From: Patescibacteria group bacterium
GTDB lineage: Bacteria > Patescibacteriota > Patescibacteriia > Patescibacteriales > UBA12465
Length of the DNA stretch: 64,000 bases
Reading direction: 5' to 3'
NCBI GenBank assembly: GCA_041650775.1
Contig: JBAZKO010000001.1
Span: 1,030 to 65,029, forward strand
Positions 1 through 7,339 of the stretch are shown here, piece by piece. Under the pieces are notes generated by a model. It was not told the DNA's origin, ran no database searches, and saw only the letters and a program-made list of their open reading frames with translations. The translations under genes were made by a program, and so were the position numbers. Each line of letters starts with the position of its first letter. The first letter of the stretch is position 1.

Positions 1-1277
1 CGACCGCCGTAAACGCCGGCGATAATCTTAGAACCGTCCGAATTTGATGCTAGCCCGTACCAACTTTTATCAACATCTCCGGCGGGCTGGGTTTCGGTCC
101 AAGTGGAGCCATAGTTGGAAGAGGTGTAGAGACGACCGGGGACAACACTGGTTACAAGTTTAGAACCGTCGAGATTGGACAATGAAGATTTCCAGCCGCG
201 ATTGTAATAACTAGCTGCTTGCTGTTCGACCCAGGTGGCACCATAATTGGAAGAAGTATAGATGCGACCGCCCTTTACTGCGGCCACAAGATGCGAACCG
301 TCGTCGCTGGAAGAAACGGCCTGCCAATTTTTATTTAAATCTCCGGCCGGTTGTGTTTCCGTCCAAGTGACGCCATAATCGGAAGAAATATATAAACGGC
401 CGGTGAGAGTGCCATATGCGCCAAGAATAACATATTTTCCACTCGAATCCGATGCTATTGGCCACCATTTTTGAGTAAGAGCTCCGGGTGGCGTACTGGT
501 AGCCCAGGTAAGACCGGAATCAGCGGAAGTATATACACGGCCATCATACACTGCGGCTACAAGATGCGAACCGTCGTCGCTGGAAGAAACGGCCTGCCAA
601 TTTTTATTTAAATCTCCGGCCGGTTGTGTTTCCGTCCAAGTGACGCCATAATCGGAAGAAATATATAAACGGCCGCCGTAAGCGCCGGCGATGATTTTAG
701 AGCCGTTAACGCTGGAAGCGATTGAATGCCAGGCGGCCGAAGGCAAGGTACTGGTAGCCCAAGTAGCACCAGAATCAGTTGAAAGATAAACACGACCGTT
801 ATTTACCCCAGCGATAAGATAAGAACCGCTTGAATCAACCGATAAGCTATACCAATTCTGATTACCGACCGTTGAAGGTGTAACGGTTATCCAGCTTCCG
901 CCATAATCGGATGAGGTATAAATACCACCCCCATAAACTGAAGCTACTAGATGCGAACCGTCGGCACTTGATGACAAACCATACCAATTTTGGTCACTAT
1001 CTCCGGCCGGACGGGTCTCCGTCCAGGTCACTCCGGAATCAGAAGAAATGTATAAACGACTGCCGTAAGCGCCGGCGATAAGACGTGAGCCATCAAAATT
1101 AGAAGCGGTTACCTGCCAAACTAAATTTGAATTGAGAGGAAATAATGTCGATATATCCGTCCAGGAATAATTCGCCGAAGCAATATTACAGAACGAAACC
1201 GCGCCAAAAATAAAAAGCGATATTAAAAAAATCTGAAAAAATTTTCTTCTAAAGTTGTTATTTATAAAACTGAACAT
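1..1277 (-). CDS. Secreted BNR/Asp-box repeat beta-propeller protein (C-terminal part runs off the left window edge)
   Basis: Absent from the ORF track because there is no stop in the window. My translation from the ATG at 1277 gives MFSFINNNFRRKFFQIFLISLFIFGAVSFCNIASA (signal/anchor). At least 8 blades of about 45 aa follow, each with an Asp-box-like motif: SSDSGVTW, SSDYGGSW, STDSGATW, SSDYGVTW (twice), SADSGLTW, SSNYGATW, SSNYGSTW. No in-frame stop down to position 1. Confidence 0.7.
   Translation of the reverse strand, partial: MFSFINNNFRRKFFQIFLISLFIFGAVSFCNIASANYSWTDISTLFPLNSNLVWQVTASNFDGSRLIAGAYGSRLYISSDSGVTWTETRPAGDSDQNWYGLSSSADGSHLVASVYGGGIYTSSDYGGSWITVTPSTVGNQNWYSLSVDSSGSYLIAGVNNGRVYLSTDSGATWATSTLPSAAWHSIASSVNGSKIIAGAYGGRLYISSDYGVTWTETQPAGDLNKNWQAVSSSDDGSHLVAAVYDGRVYTSADSGLTWATSTPPGALTQKWWPIASDSSGKYVILGAYGTLTGRLYISSDYGVTWTETQPAGDLNKNWQAVSSSDDGSHLVAAVKGGRIYTSSNYGATWVEQQAASYYNRGWKSSLSNLDGSKLVTSVVPGRLYTSSNYGSTWTETQPAGDVDKSWYGLASNSDGSKIIAGVYGG
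286..402 (-). repeat. Copy A of a perfect 117-bp intragenic direct repeat (partner at 559..675)
   Basis: Base-by-base comparison shows 286-402 identical to 559-675. The match extends to 277/550 with one mismatch. Confidence 0.9.
559..675 (-). repeat. Copy B of a perfect 117-bp intragenic direct repeat (partner at 286..402)
   Basis: Same comparison. The offset is 273 bp, which is 91 codons and in frame, about two propeller blades. Confidence 0.9.
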
Positions 1278-1299
1278 AAAATAATCCGAAATAATCCGC

Positions 1300-2334
1300 T
1301 CAAACCTTTACTTCCAAAACATTCCGGTAATAACTTTTTAGCGGTACCGGCAAGGACGACCCTAAAGCGCAAAAACTGGTTTCTTCCAGGGCGCCGACGA
1401 TTTCCCAAAATAGCTTATGATCAAATTTTTTCTGGCTGACCATTTCCGCCAAGCGATAAGTACCCTCGCGACAAGTCGTGCATTGGCCGCAACTTTGTTC
1501 CCGATAAAAATTTAGCCAATACCTAATTAGTTTATGGCTGTCAGTGCGCTTTCTATCATAAACCATAACGGAACCGGCGCCTTCGACCGGCGCGGCCAGT
1601 TGGCGGGAATTTAAAACTTCCCCGCTCGCCTCGCCGCCGACTTGGACGAAAAACGGCAATCTAGGATAATTATCGGTCCGGCGCAAAACTTCTTCAATAT
1701 TCAAATCGGCCGGCAAAAGATAAACTCCGGGATGTTTGGCCGCGCCCGCCACCGTATAAAACCTCGTCTGCTGATATTTATCTTCCGTGGCCAAACTGAC
1801 ATTATAAAAGGTTTCCGGATTATTGATTAAAGTCGGACGGCCGTAAAGGCCTTGTTCGGTCGGATAAGGCGGTTTTAAGCGCGGCTCGACCTTTTTCCCT
1901 TCTATTAAATTTAAAAGCGCGGTTTCTTCGCCGCTGATATAAGTCAGCCGCCCCGGTTTAATAAAGAATTCCGTTTTTTCTTCCAGGGAACGATATTTTT
2001 TAGACGCTAAAACGGCCTTTAAGCCGCCCGCATAATTTTTAAAATATTCCCGATTTAAAAAAATATATATCCGTTTGATTTTGGCCGAACCTAAAAACTG
2101 ATCGGCTAAATAAACGCCGTTAATAACTTCTCCCGGATAATGACGAAAAACATAACCGTCTTTTTTGACGCCCGGCTCCCCTTCCGCGCCGTTGACGATA
2201 ATATAACCCTGTTTTTTACCGGCCAGCACTCCTTTGACCGCCGCCCATTTCTTAGCCACCGGATAACAGGCTCCGCCCCGACCGACCAGGCCGGCCTCTT
2301 CTATTTTCTTAAGGATGTTTATTCTTGAAGCCAT
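1300..2334 (-). CDS. Stand-alone NuoF-like (complex I 51-kDa subunit family) FMN/NADH-binding iron-sulfur flavoprotein
   Basis: The ORF-track ORF is 1300..2364. I prefer the internal ATG at 2334 (MASRINILKK) because it clears the upstream stop at 2342. NuoF blocks present: GRGGACYPVAKKW, NGAEGEPGVKKD, SGEETALLNLIEG, PRLKPPYPTEQGLYGRPTLINNPET. The 4Fe-4S motif SCGQCTTCREG...FCALG is also present. Confidence 0.75.
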   Translation of the reverse strand: MASRINILKKIEEAGLVGRGGACYPVAKKWAAVKGVLAGKKQGYIIVNGAEGEPGVKKDGYVFRHYPGEVINGVYLADQFLGSAKIKRIYIFLNREYFKNYAGGLKAVLASKKYRSLEEKTEFFIKPGRLTYISGEETALLNLIEGKKVEPRLKPPYPTEQGLYGRPTLINNPETFYNVSLATEDKYQQTRFYTVAGAAKHPGVYLLPADLNIEEVLRRTDNYPRLPFFVQVGGEASGEVLNSRQLAAPVEGAGSVMVYDRKRTDSHKLIRYWLNFYREQSCGQCTTCREGTYRLAEMVSQKKFDHKLFWEIVGALEETSFCALGSSLPVPLKSYYRNVLEVKV

Positions 2335-2341
2335 GTTATTT

Positions 2342-3073
2342 TTATCTCGCTGTCCAGCCGCCATCGACGTAAATAATCGTACCGGTTACATATTTCGCGT
2401 CAGCGCTCGCCAGATATAAAGCGGCGTTCGCGATGTCCTGCGGTTCGCCGACATAACCGAGCGGCGTATTCGTCTTAATCATGTTACTAAAACCCTCATC
2501 CGCCAGAACCCCTTTCGTCATATTCGTGGCGATAAATCCCGGAGCGATGGCGTTCATCCTGATTCCCGCAGGCGCCAAATCCAAGGCGCCGGCGTGGGTT
2601 AATTGAACTACTCCGCCCTTAGTCGCACTATAAGCTACGGAACCGGCTAGTCCGACCGAGCCGAGAATGGAACTCATATTGATAATTGAACCTTTTATTC
2701 CTTTTTCTTTCATAATCCGGCCAGCCGCGCGGGCGCCATAAAAAACACCGGATAAATTAATATGCAGGGTTGTTTCCCAGACATCGTCAGCCGTATCTAA
2801 AATTCCGCCCAACGAACCGATGCCGGCGTTATTAACCATAATGTCTAAGCTACCGAATTTTTCCAAGGCGGTTTTGGCTAAAGCATCGACCGCGACCGGA
2901 TTGCTGACATCGCATTTTACGAAAATCGCGCGTGCCGGATCCAGCTTCAAATCGCCTTCATTGATATCAGAATAAATTACTTTCGCGCCTTCGGCCACGA
3001 AAAGATTGGCAATCGCTAAACCGATGCCGCTGGCGGCGCCGGTGACGATGGCGACTTTGTTTTCTAATTTCAT
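2342..3073 (-). CDS. Short-chain dehydrogenase/reductase (FabG / glucose 1-dehydrogenase-like)
   Basis: 243 aa with TGAASGIGLAIA (Rossmann motif), NNAGI, and the catalytic Ser...YSATK (YxxxK). Confidence 0.85.
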   Translation of the reverse strand: MKLENKVAIVTGAASGIGLAIANLFVAEGAKVIYSDINEGDLKLDPARAIFVKCDVSNPVAVDALAKTALEKFGSLDIMVNNAGIGSLGGILDTADDVWETTLHINLSGVFYGARAAGRIMKEKGIKGSIINMSSILGSVGLAGSVAYSATKGGVVQLTHAGALDLAPAGIRMNAIAPGFIATNMTKGVLADEGFSNMIKTNTPLGYVGEPQDIANAALYLASADAKYVTGTIIYVDGGWTAR

Positions 3074-3077
3074 AAAA

Positions 3078-4091
3078 TTATTTTATAAATTTTTTAAGAT
3101 AGTCGGCTAACTCCACAAAACGGTTAGAATAGCCCCATTCGTTATCGTACCAGGAAATGACTTTCAATAAATCGCCGCCGATAACGCGCGTGTTTTTCAA
3201 ATCGATAATGGCGCTGTGCGGATTGCCAATAATGTCGGTCGAAACCAGTTCTTCGTTCGAGGCTTCGATAATGCCTCGCATCCGGCCGCGCGCCGCCTTA
3301 ACAAACGCCCGATTGACCGCCTCGGCGGTCGTTTTTTTGTTCAAAACATAAACCGTATCGCAGAGAGAACCGACCGGCGTCGGAACGCGGACTGCCAGGC
3401 CGTCGAACTTCCCTTTTAGGCTCGGAATCGTTTCCGCGGTCGCGATGGCCGCGCCGGTTGTCGTCGGGATGATATTTATCGCCGCCGCCCGCGCCCGCCG
3501 TAGATCCTTATGCGGTCCGTCTACCAGGTTCTGGTCGGCGGTATAGGAATGGATGGTCGTCATCAAAGCCTTTTTAATACCGAAACTGTCTTTAATAACC
3601 TTTGTCGCCGGCGCCAAACAATTCGTCGTGCAGGAAGCGCAAGATAAAATATTATCGCTCTTGGCGATCTTATTCATATTTACTCCCGGTACGATTATTT
3701 TCACTCCACCCTTTTTGACCGGCGCGGAGAGAATTACTTTTTTCGCGCCCGCTTTCAGATGCAATTTCAAATCTTCTTTACTAGTAAATCGACCGGTACA
3801 TTCAAGAACAATATCGACTTTCAGCGCTTTCCAGGGCAACTGCGCCGGATCTTTGCCCGCCAAAACCGGAATCCGCCGGCCGTTGATCTTTAAAGCGTCT
3901 TTGGTCGCCGTTATTTCCTGTTTGGTCTGGCCGTAGCAGGAATCATATTGCAGAAGATGCGCCAAAGTCGCCGGATCAGTCAAATCATTGACGGCCACAA
4001 CCTGTAAATTAGGAAAACGCATCCAAATAACCTTGAAAGCGGCGCGACCGATACGCCCGAAACCGTTAATCGCGACATTGATTTTTTTCAT
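3078..4091 (-). CDS. gap: Glyceraldehyde-3-phosphate dehydrogenase
   Basis: INGFGRIGR at the N-terminus, the active-site block SCTTNCLAP, and WYDNEWGYS near the C-terminus. 337 aa. Confidence 0.95.
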   Translation of the reverse strand: MKKINVAINGFGRIGRAAFKVIWMRFPNLQVVAVNDLTDPATLAHLLQYDSCYGQTKQEITATKDALKINGRRIPVLAGKDPAQLPWKALKVDIVLECTGRFTSKEDLKLHLKAGAKKVILSAPVKKGGVKIIVPGVNMNKIAKSDNILSCASCTTNCLAPATKVIKDSFGIKKALMTTIHSYTADQNLVDGPHKDLRRARAAAINIIPTTTGAAIATAETIPSLKGKFDGLAVRVPTPVGSLCDTVYVLNKKTTAEAVNRAFVKAARGRMRGIIEASNEELVSTDIIGNPHSAIIDLKNTRVIGGDLLKVISWYDNEWGYSNRFVELADYLKKFIK

Positions 4092-4126
4092 ATTTAGATA
4101 AAAATTTAATAAATTATTCTTGAATT

Positions 4127-4135
4127 ATTATAGCA
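4127..4135 (-). promoter_or_regulatory. Possible extended -10 element (TGCTATAAT on the minus strand) upstream of gap
   Basis: Reverse complement of 4127-4135 reads TGCTATAAT, about 36 nt upstream of the gap ATG. No convincing -35. Confidence 0.3.
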
Positions 4136-4165
4136 TATTCGGTAAATTATTTAAAATGCCGCCTC

Positions 4166-4196
4166 AAACAAAAACTATTGCCTTTCGGGCAATAGT
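4166..4196 (-). terminator. Rho-independent terminator after ricT
   Basis: Minus strand has a 9-bp stem ACTATTGCC/GGCAATAGT with a 5-nt loop, followed by TTTTGTTT. It lies 27 nt downstream of the ricT stop. Confidence 0.6.
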
Positions 4197-4222
4197 CATT
4201 AAACGGAAAACTGTATTTTTTC

Positions 4223-5041
4223 CTACTTTTTATTCTTATTATGTCGGTTGATATCCACTTCGATGATCGTGTCCCGCTCCTCCGTTCTCGGCGACGAAAT
4301 TTTCACGTCGACGGTCTGTTTTAGAATATGATGGCCGGTAACAACGCCTGACGCTCCGTCGACGTTGACTTTAGTCCCGATTGGCGGCAATTTACCCGCC
4401 AATTCTTTATAGCCTTCATATTCATAAGACAGACAGCACATCAAACGTCCGCACATACCCGATATTCTTTCCGAACCGCGGTGGACGACTTGCTGGGCTT
4501 CCGCCATTTCCGAAGTGATGGAAGAAAATTCCGTTAAAAATCCGCGACAACAAAGACCACGGCCGCAGGGACCGCAATCGCCAGTGATTTTCGCTTCGTC
4601 GCGCGTCCCGATCTGCGTCAAGCGGATAGTGACGTTAAAATGAGCGGCCAAATCTTTGACCAATTCTCGAAAATCGACCCGGCCGTCGGAAATAAAAGCA
4701 AAGTTCATCCGATTACCCTCGAAAGAAAAATGGACGTCGACTAACTTCATGAATAGGCCGTGCCGTTCAATCATCCCGCGGCAGAATTCCAGCGCTTCTT
4801 CTTTCTGGGCGGCATCGGGTAGGCCGGCGACATCGTCATAGTTAGCTTTCCGAAGAATCGGTTTCACTTCCCGGTTGCTGGCGGCCGCCCCTTCTTCTTT
4901 GAAGATAGAAACTACCTTGCCCATTTCCGTTCCCAATTCCGTTTCGACGATTACATAATTACCGACCGACAAATCTAGTTTGCCGACGGAAAAATTATAA
5001 ACCTTATCCCAGGGAGCGAATTGTATCTGCGCAATCAGCAT
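4223..5041 (-). CDS. ricT: PSP1-domain protein RicT/YaaT family
   Basis: Blocks DGRVDFRELVKDLA, IGTRDEAK, GPCGRGLCC and SGMCGRLMCCLSYE match B. subtilis YaaT as I recall it. Confidence 0.85.
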   Translation of the reverse strand: MLIAQIQFAPWDKVYNFSVGKLDLSVGNYVIVETELGTEMGKVVSIFKEEGAAASNREVKPILRKANYDDVAGLPDAAQKEEALEFCRGMIERHGLFMKLVDVHFSFEGNRMNFAFISDGRVDFRELVKDLAAHFNVTIRLTQIGTRDEAKITGDCGPCGRGLCCRGFLTEFSSITSEMAEAQQVVHRGSERISGMCGRLMCCLSYEYEGYKELAGKLPPIGTKVNVDGASGVVTGHHILKQTVDVKISSPRTEERDTIIEVDINRHNKNKK

Positions 5042-5096
5042 AAAAGAATGAAAGAATATTAAAACTCTGGGACCGGAAGACGCGAGATCGACTTGA

Positions 5097-5891
5097 TTAT
5101 AGAGAGTAGCGGACGAATTTCAAAATATTCGCGCCGCCTAAAATGTCTTTGATTTTTTTCTTATCGTCCTTGATATATTCCTGTTCCAATAAGCAGACCT
5201 CCGAATAATATTTACCCATTTTACCCTCGACAATCTTATCAACCATATTCTCCGGTTTTCCTTCTTTTAACAGTTGCGCTTTATAGATTTCTTTTTCTTT
5301 AGCCATTTCCGTCGCGGAAACTTCCGCCGGCGCCAAATATTTCGGATTAGCCGCGGCTACTTGCATGGCTATTTCAGCCGCTAAAACTTCTTTACCCGGC
5401 TGGTCGAGCGCGACTAAGACGCCAATCTTATTGCCTAAATGGGAATAGGCGGCCACGGTCGCGCCGCTGACGATTTCCAGGCGTTTGACGCCCATTTTCT
5501 CGCCAATCGTTCCGCTCAAACTGGCTAAACTTTCCTGGACACTGCCGCCGTCCAGCGGCAAGCTCAAAAGATCTTCCACCGTGGCCGGCTTATTGATTTT
5601 AAGCAAATTCAAAAGCGTTTCCGCCAAAGACTGGAATTTCTCGTTGCGGGAGACAAAATCCGTTTCCGAATTAAGTTCCAGAATGTAACCTTCATTTTTC
5701 GCGTCGTTAGTCGCCACTTTCACCACGCCCTCGTTAGTTTCCCGGTCGGTGCGTTTGGCGGCCTTGGAGATTCCTTTCTTGCGCAAAATTTCCACGGCCT
5801 TATTGATATCATTACCCGCCTCATCCAGAGCCTTTTTGCAGTCTACCATGCCCGCTCCGGTCATTTCGCGTAATTGTTTTATGAGTTCCAT
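5097..5891 (-). CDS. tsf: Translation elongation factor Ts
   Basis: N-terminal UBA-like block LIKQLREMTGAGMVDCKKALDEAGNDINKAVEILRKKG and ELNSETDFV. Directly downstream of rpsB. Confidence 0.95.
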   Translation of the reverse strand: MELIKQLREMTGAGMVDCKKALDEAGNDINKAVEILRKKGISKAAKRTDRETNEGVVKVATNDAKNEGYILELNSETDFVSRNEKFQSLAETLLNLLKINKPATVEDLLSLPLDGGSVQESLASLSGTIGEKMGVKRLEIVSGATVAAYSHLGNKIGVLVALDQPGKEVLAAEIAMQVAAANPKYLAPAEVSATEMAKEKEIYKAQLLKEGKPENMVDKIVEGKMGKYYSEVCLLEQEYIKDDKKKIKDILGGANILKFVRYSL

Positions 5892-5941
5892 ATAATTTTA
5901 AATAATAAAGAGTATTTTTGTCCGGACTCGCCGGAATGTTT

Positions 5942-6634
5942 TTATTTAACTTCCTTCTTCACTCCCGTTAAAGCGTTTTTAATCGCCTCCAAAACCAATT
6001 TAATGGTTTTGGTGGAATCGTCGTTGGCCGGGATCGGATAATTAACCTCGTCCGGATTGACGTTAGTATCACAGATAGCGATAATCGGGATGTTCTTTTG
6101 TCTGGCTTCCATGACCGCTGTTTCTTCTTCTTTAATATCCCAAACAAATAAAGCGTCCGGTAATTTACTCAACGACGACAAACCGCCGACGCGGATTTCC
6201 AATTTTTTTATTTCCCGGTCAAAATTCAGACGTTCTTTTTTAGTATATTTTTCCAGTTTGCCGGTCTCCCGTTTCTCAATCAAATCTAAATATTTCTTAA
6301 CGGATTTTTTCACCACCGGAAAATTAGTCAAATAGCCGCCCAGCCATTTTCCGACGACATACGGCTGGCCGATTTCTTCCGCCATTTTTTTCAAAGGCGC
6401 GGCGACCTGGCTTTTAGTACCGATGAACAGAATACTTTTCCCTTCGGCTACCAGTTTAATCATAAATTCCAAAGCTTCCTGTAATTTTTCCTGTGTTTTT
6501 TTCAAATCGATGATGTAGACACCGTTCTTAGAAGTGAAAATAAATTGCTTCATTTTCGGATGCCAGCGGTTAGTCCGATGGCCGAAATGCATGCCGGCTT
6601 TCAGCATGTCTTCGATTTTTGGTACGTTTGTCAT
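5942..6634 (-). CDS. rpsB: 30S ribosomal protein S2
   Basis: MLKAGMHFGHRTNRWHPKM, FIGTK, and the canonical rpsB-tsf gene order. Confidence 0.95.
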   Translation of the reverse strand: MTNVPKIEDMLKAGMHFGHRTNRWHPKMKQFIFTSKNGVYIIDLKKTQEKLQEALEFMIKLVAEGKSILFIGTKSQVAAPLKKMAEEIGQPYVVGKWLGGYLTNFPVVKKSVKKYLDLIEKRETGKLEKYTKKERLNFDREIKKLEIRVGGLSSLSKLPDALFVWDIKEEETAVMEARQKNIPIIAICDTNVNPDEVNYPIPANDDSTKTIKLVLEAIKNALTGVKKEVK

Positions 6635-6664
6635 ATTTTTTCTTTTTTACGTCTGCTCGCTTCA

Positions 6665-6707
6665 CCCGCGTTTAACGCGGGAAGAAAAATAATGGCCATA
6701 AGGCCAT
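6665..6707 (-). promoter_or_regulatory. Two stem-loops in the putative rpsB 5' leader
   Basis: CCCGCG-TTTAA-CGCGGG at 6665-6681 and ATGGCC-ATAA-GGCCAT at 6692-6707. Neither is followed by a T-tract on either strand, so they are not terminators. Confidence 0.3.
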
Positions 6708-6769
6708 AGGAGCATGATAATTAATAATTAAAATAAGGCCTCAATTTAGAGACCAAACCTCTACCTAAT

Positions 6770-6798
6770 AATCTATATTAATATATGACTTTTGTCAA
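6770..6798 (-). promoter_or_regulatory. Candidate sigma70-type promoter for rpsB-tsf
   Basis: Minus strand reads TTGACA (6798-6793), a 17-nt spacer, then TAGATT (6775-6770). This implies a leader of about 128 nt. Confidence 0.35.
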
Positions 6799-6873
6799 TA
6801 AATAACCTTTTTATTTAATTTTAACTAATTTTCCTTTAATATAACTGTAATATGACCTATGACTAATCACATA

Positions 6874-6902
6874 TTGACATAATAATTTAATAATGTTATT
6901 AT
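6874..6902 (+). promoter_or_regulatory. Candidate promoter for the small plus-strand ORF
   Basis: TTGACA (6874-6879), a 17-nt spacer, then TATTAT (6897-6902). It sits 22 nt upstream of the ATG at 6924. Confidence 0.4.
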
Positions 6903-6923
6903 ATAGAATCAAATAGTTCTTTA

Positions 6924-7277
6924 ATGTCTAACCAAAAAATAATAACCATGAAAAAAATTTTTCTCGCGGTAATCGTTATTTTTTCTTCCTTGGCCATTGC
7001 TAAGGCGGAATCGAACAGCAAAGGCACTTTGAAAGATGTCGGAATAGTTAGAGCGGAATCGAACAGCAAAGGCACGTTTAAATCCGGTCAGCTGACTACC
7101 ATTTTAGTTCCCCATGTTAAATATACCAAACGGGGCATTAGAAACAAACACATTAAACTGACTTTCTGGCGGAAGACCAATAACTTCCAAACGTTATGTC
7201 TCTGGATTGTAGGAGAAAAAAACGACAACAGCTGTATGCATTCGCAGATTATCAAAAGGCGCTGTCTGGCCTATTAA
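6924..7277 (+). CDS. Small hypothetical secreted protein
   Basis: Signal-peptide-like MKKIFLAVIVIFSSLAIAKA, with an alternative start at 6948. Contains a duplicated AESNSKGT peptide encoded by a 23-nt direct repeat (7005-7027 and 7053-7075). It has its own promoter-like element and a strong terminator. The C-terminal half has an odd composition. Confidence 0.4.
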   Translation: MSNQKIITMKKIFLAVIVIFSSLAIAKAESNSKGTLKDVGIVRAESNSKGTFKSGQLTTILVPHVKYTKRGIRNKHIKLTFWRKTNNFQTLCLWIVGEKNDNSCMHSQIIKRRCLAY

Positions 7278-7294
7278 AAAAATGGTAAAATTAT

Positions 7295-7322
7295 AAAAAG
7301 CATTCTACGGAATGCTTTTTTT
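7295..7322. terminator. Bidirectional rho-independent terminator between convergent genes
   Basis: AAAAAGCATTC-TACG-GAATGCTTTTTTT, with an A-run on one side and a T-run on the other. Confidence 0.7.
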
Positions 7323-7339
7323 AATGATTAAATCATTTT

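Noticed and set aside
1-1277. The periodic repeats at the left edge, considered as a possible CRISPR or other non-coding tandem array.
   Set aside because: The periodicity is about 135 nt of diverged coding repeats in one open frame encoding Asp-box blades. There are no short identical repeats alternating with unique spacers.
3553-3936. Long antisense ORFs inside confident genes. Examples are 3553-3936 within gap, 12919-13335 within rlmN, 15465-15851, 31222-31635 within ftsI, 34605-35027, 36938-37342 within cysS, 40625-40996, and 63262-63678.
   Set aside because: Each lies wholly opposite a gene with strong family motifs and has Arg/Ser/Phe-rich low-information sequence. None has promoter, RBS or terminator support.
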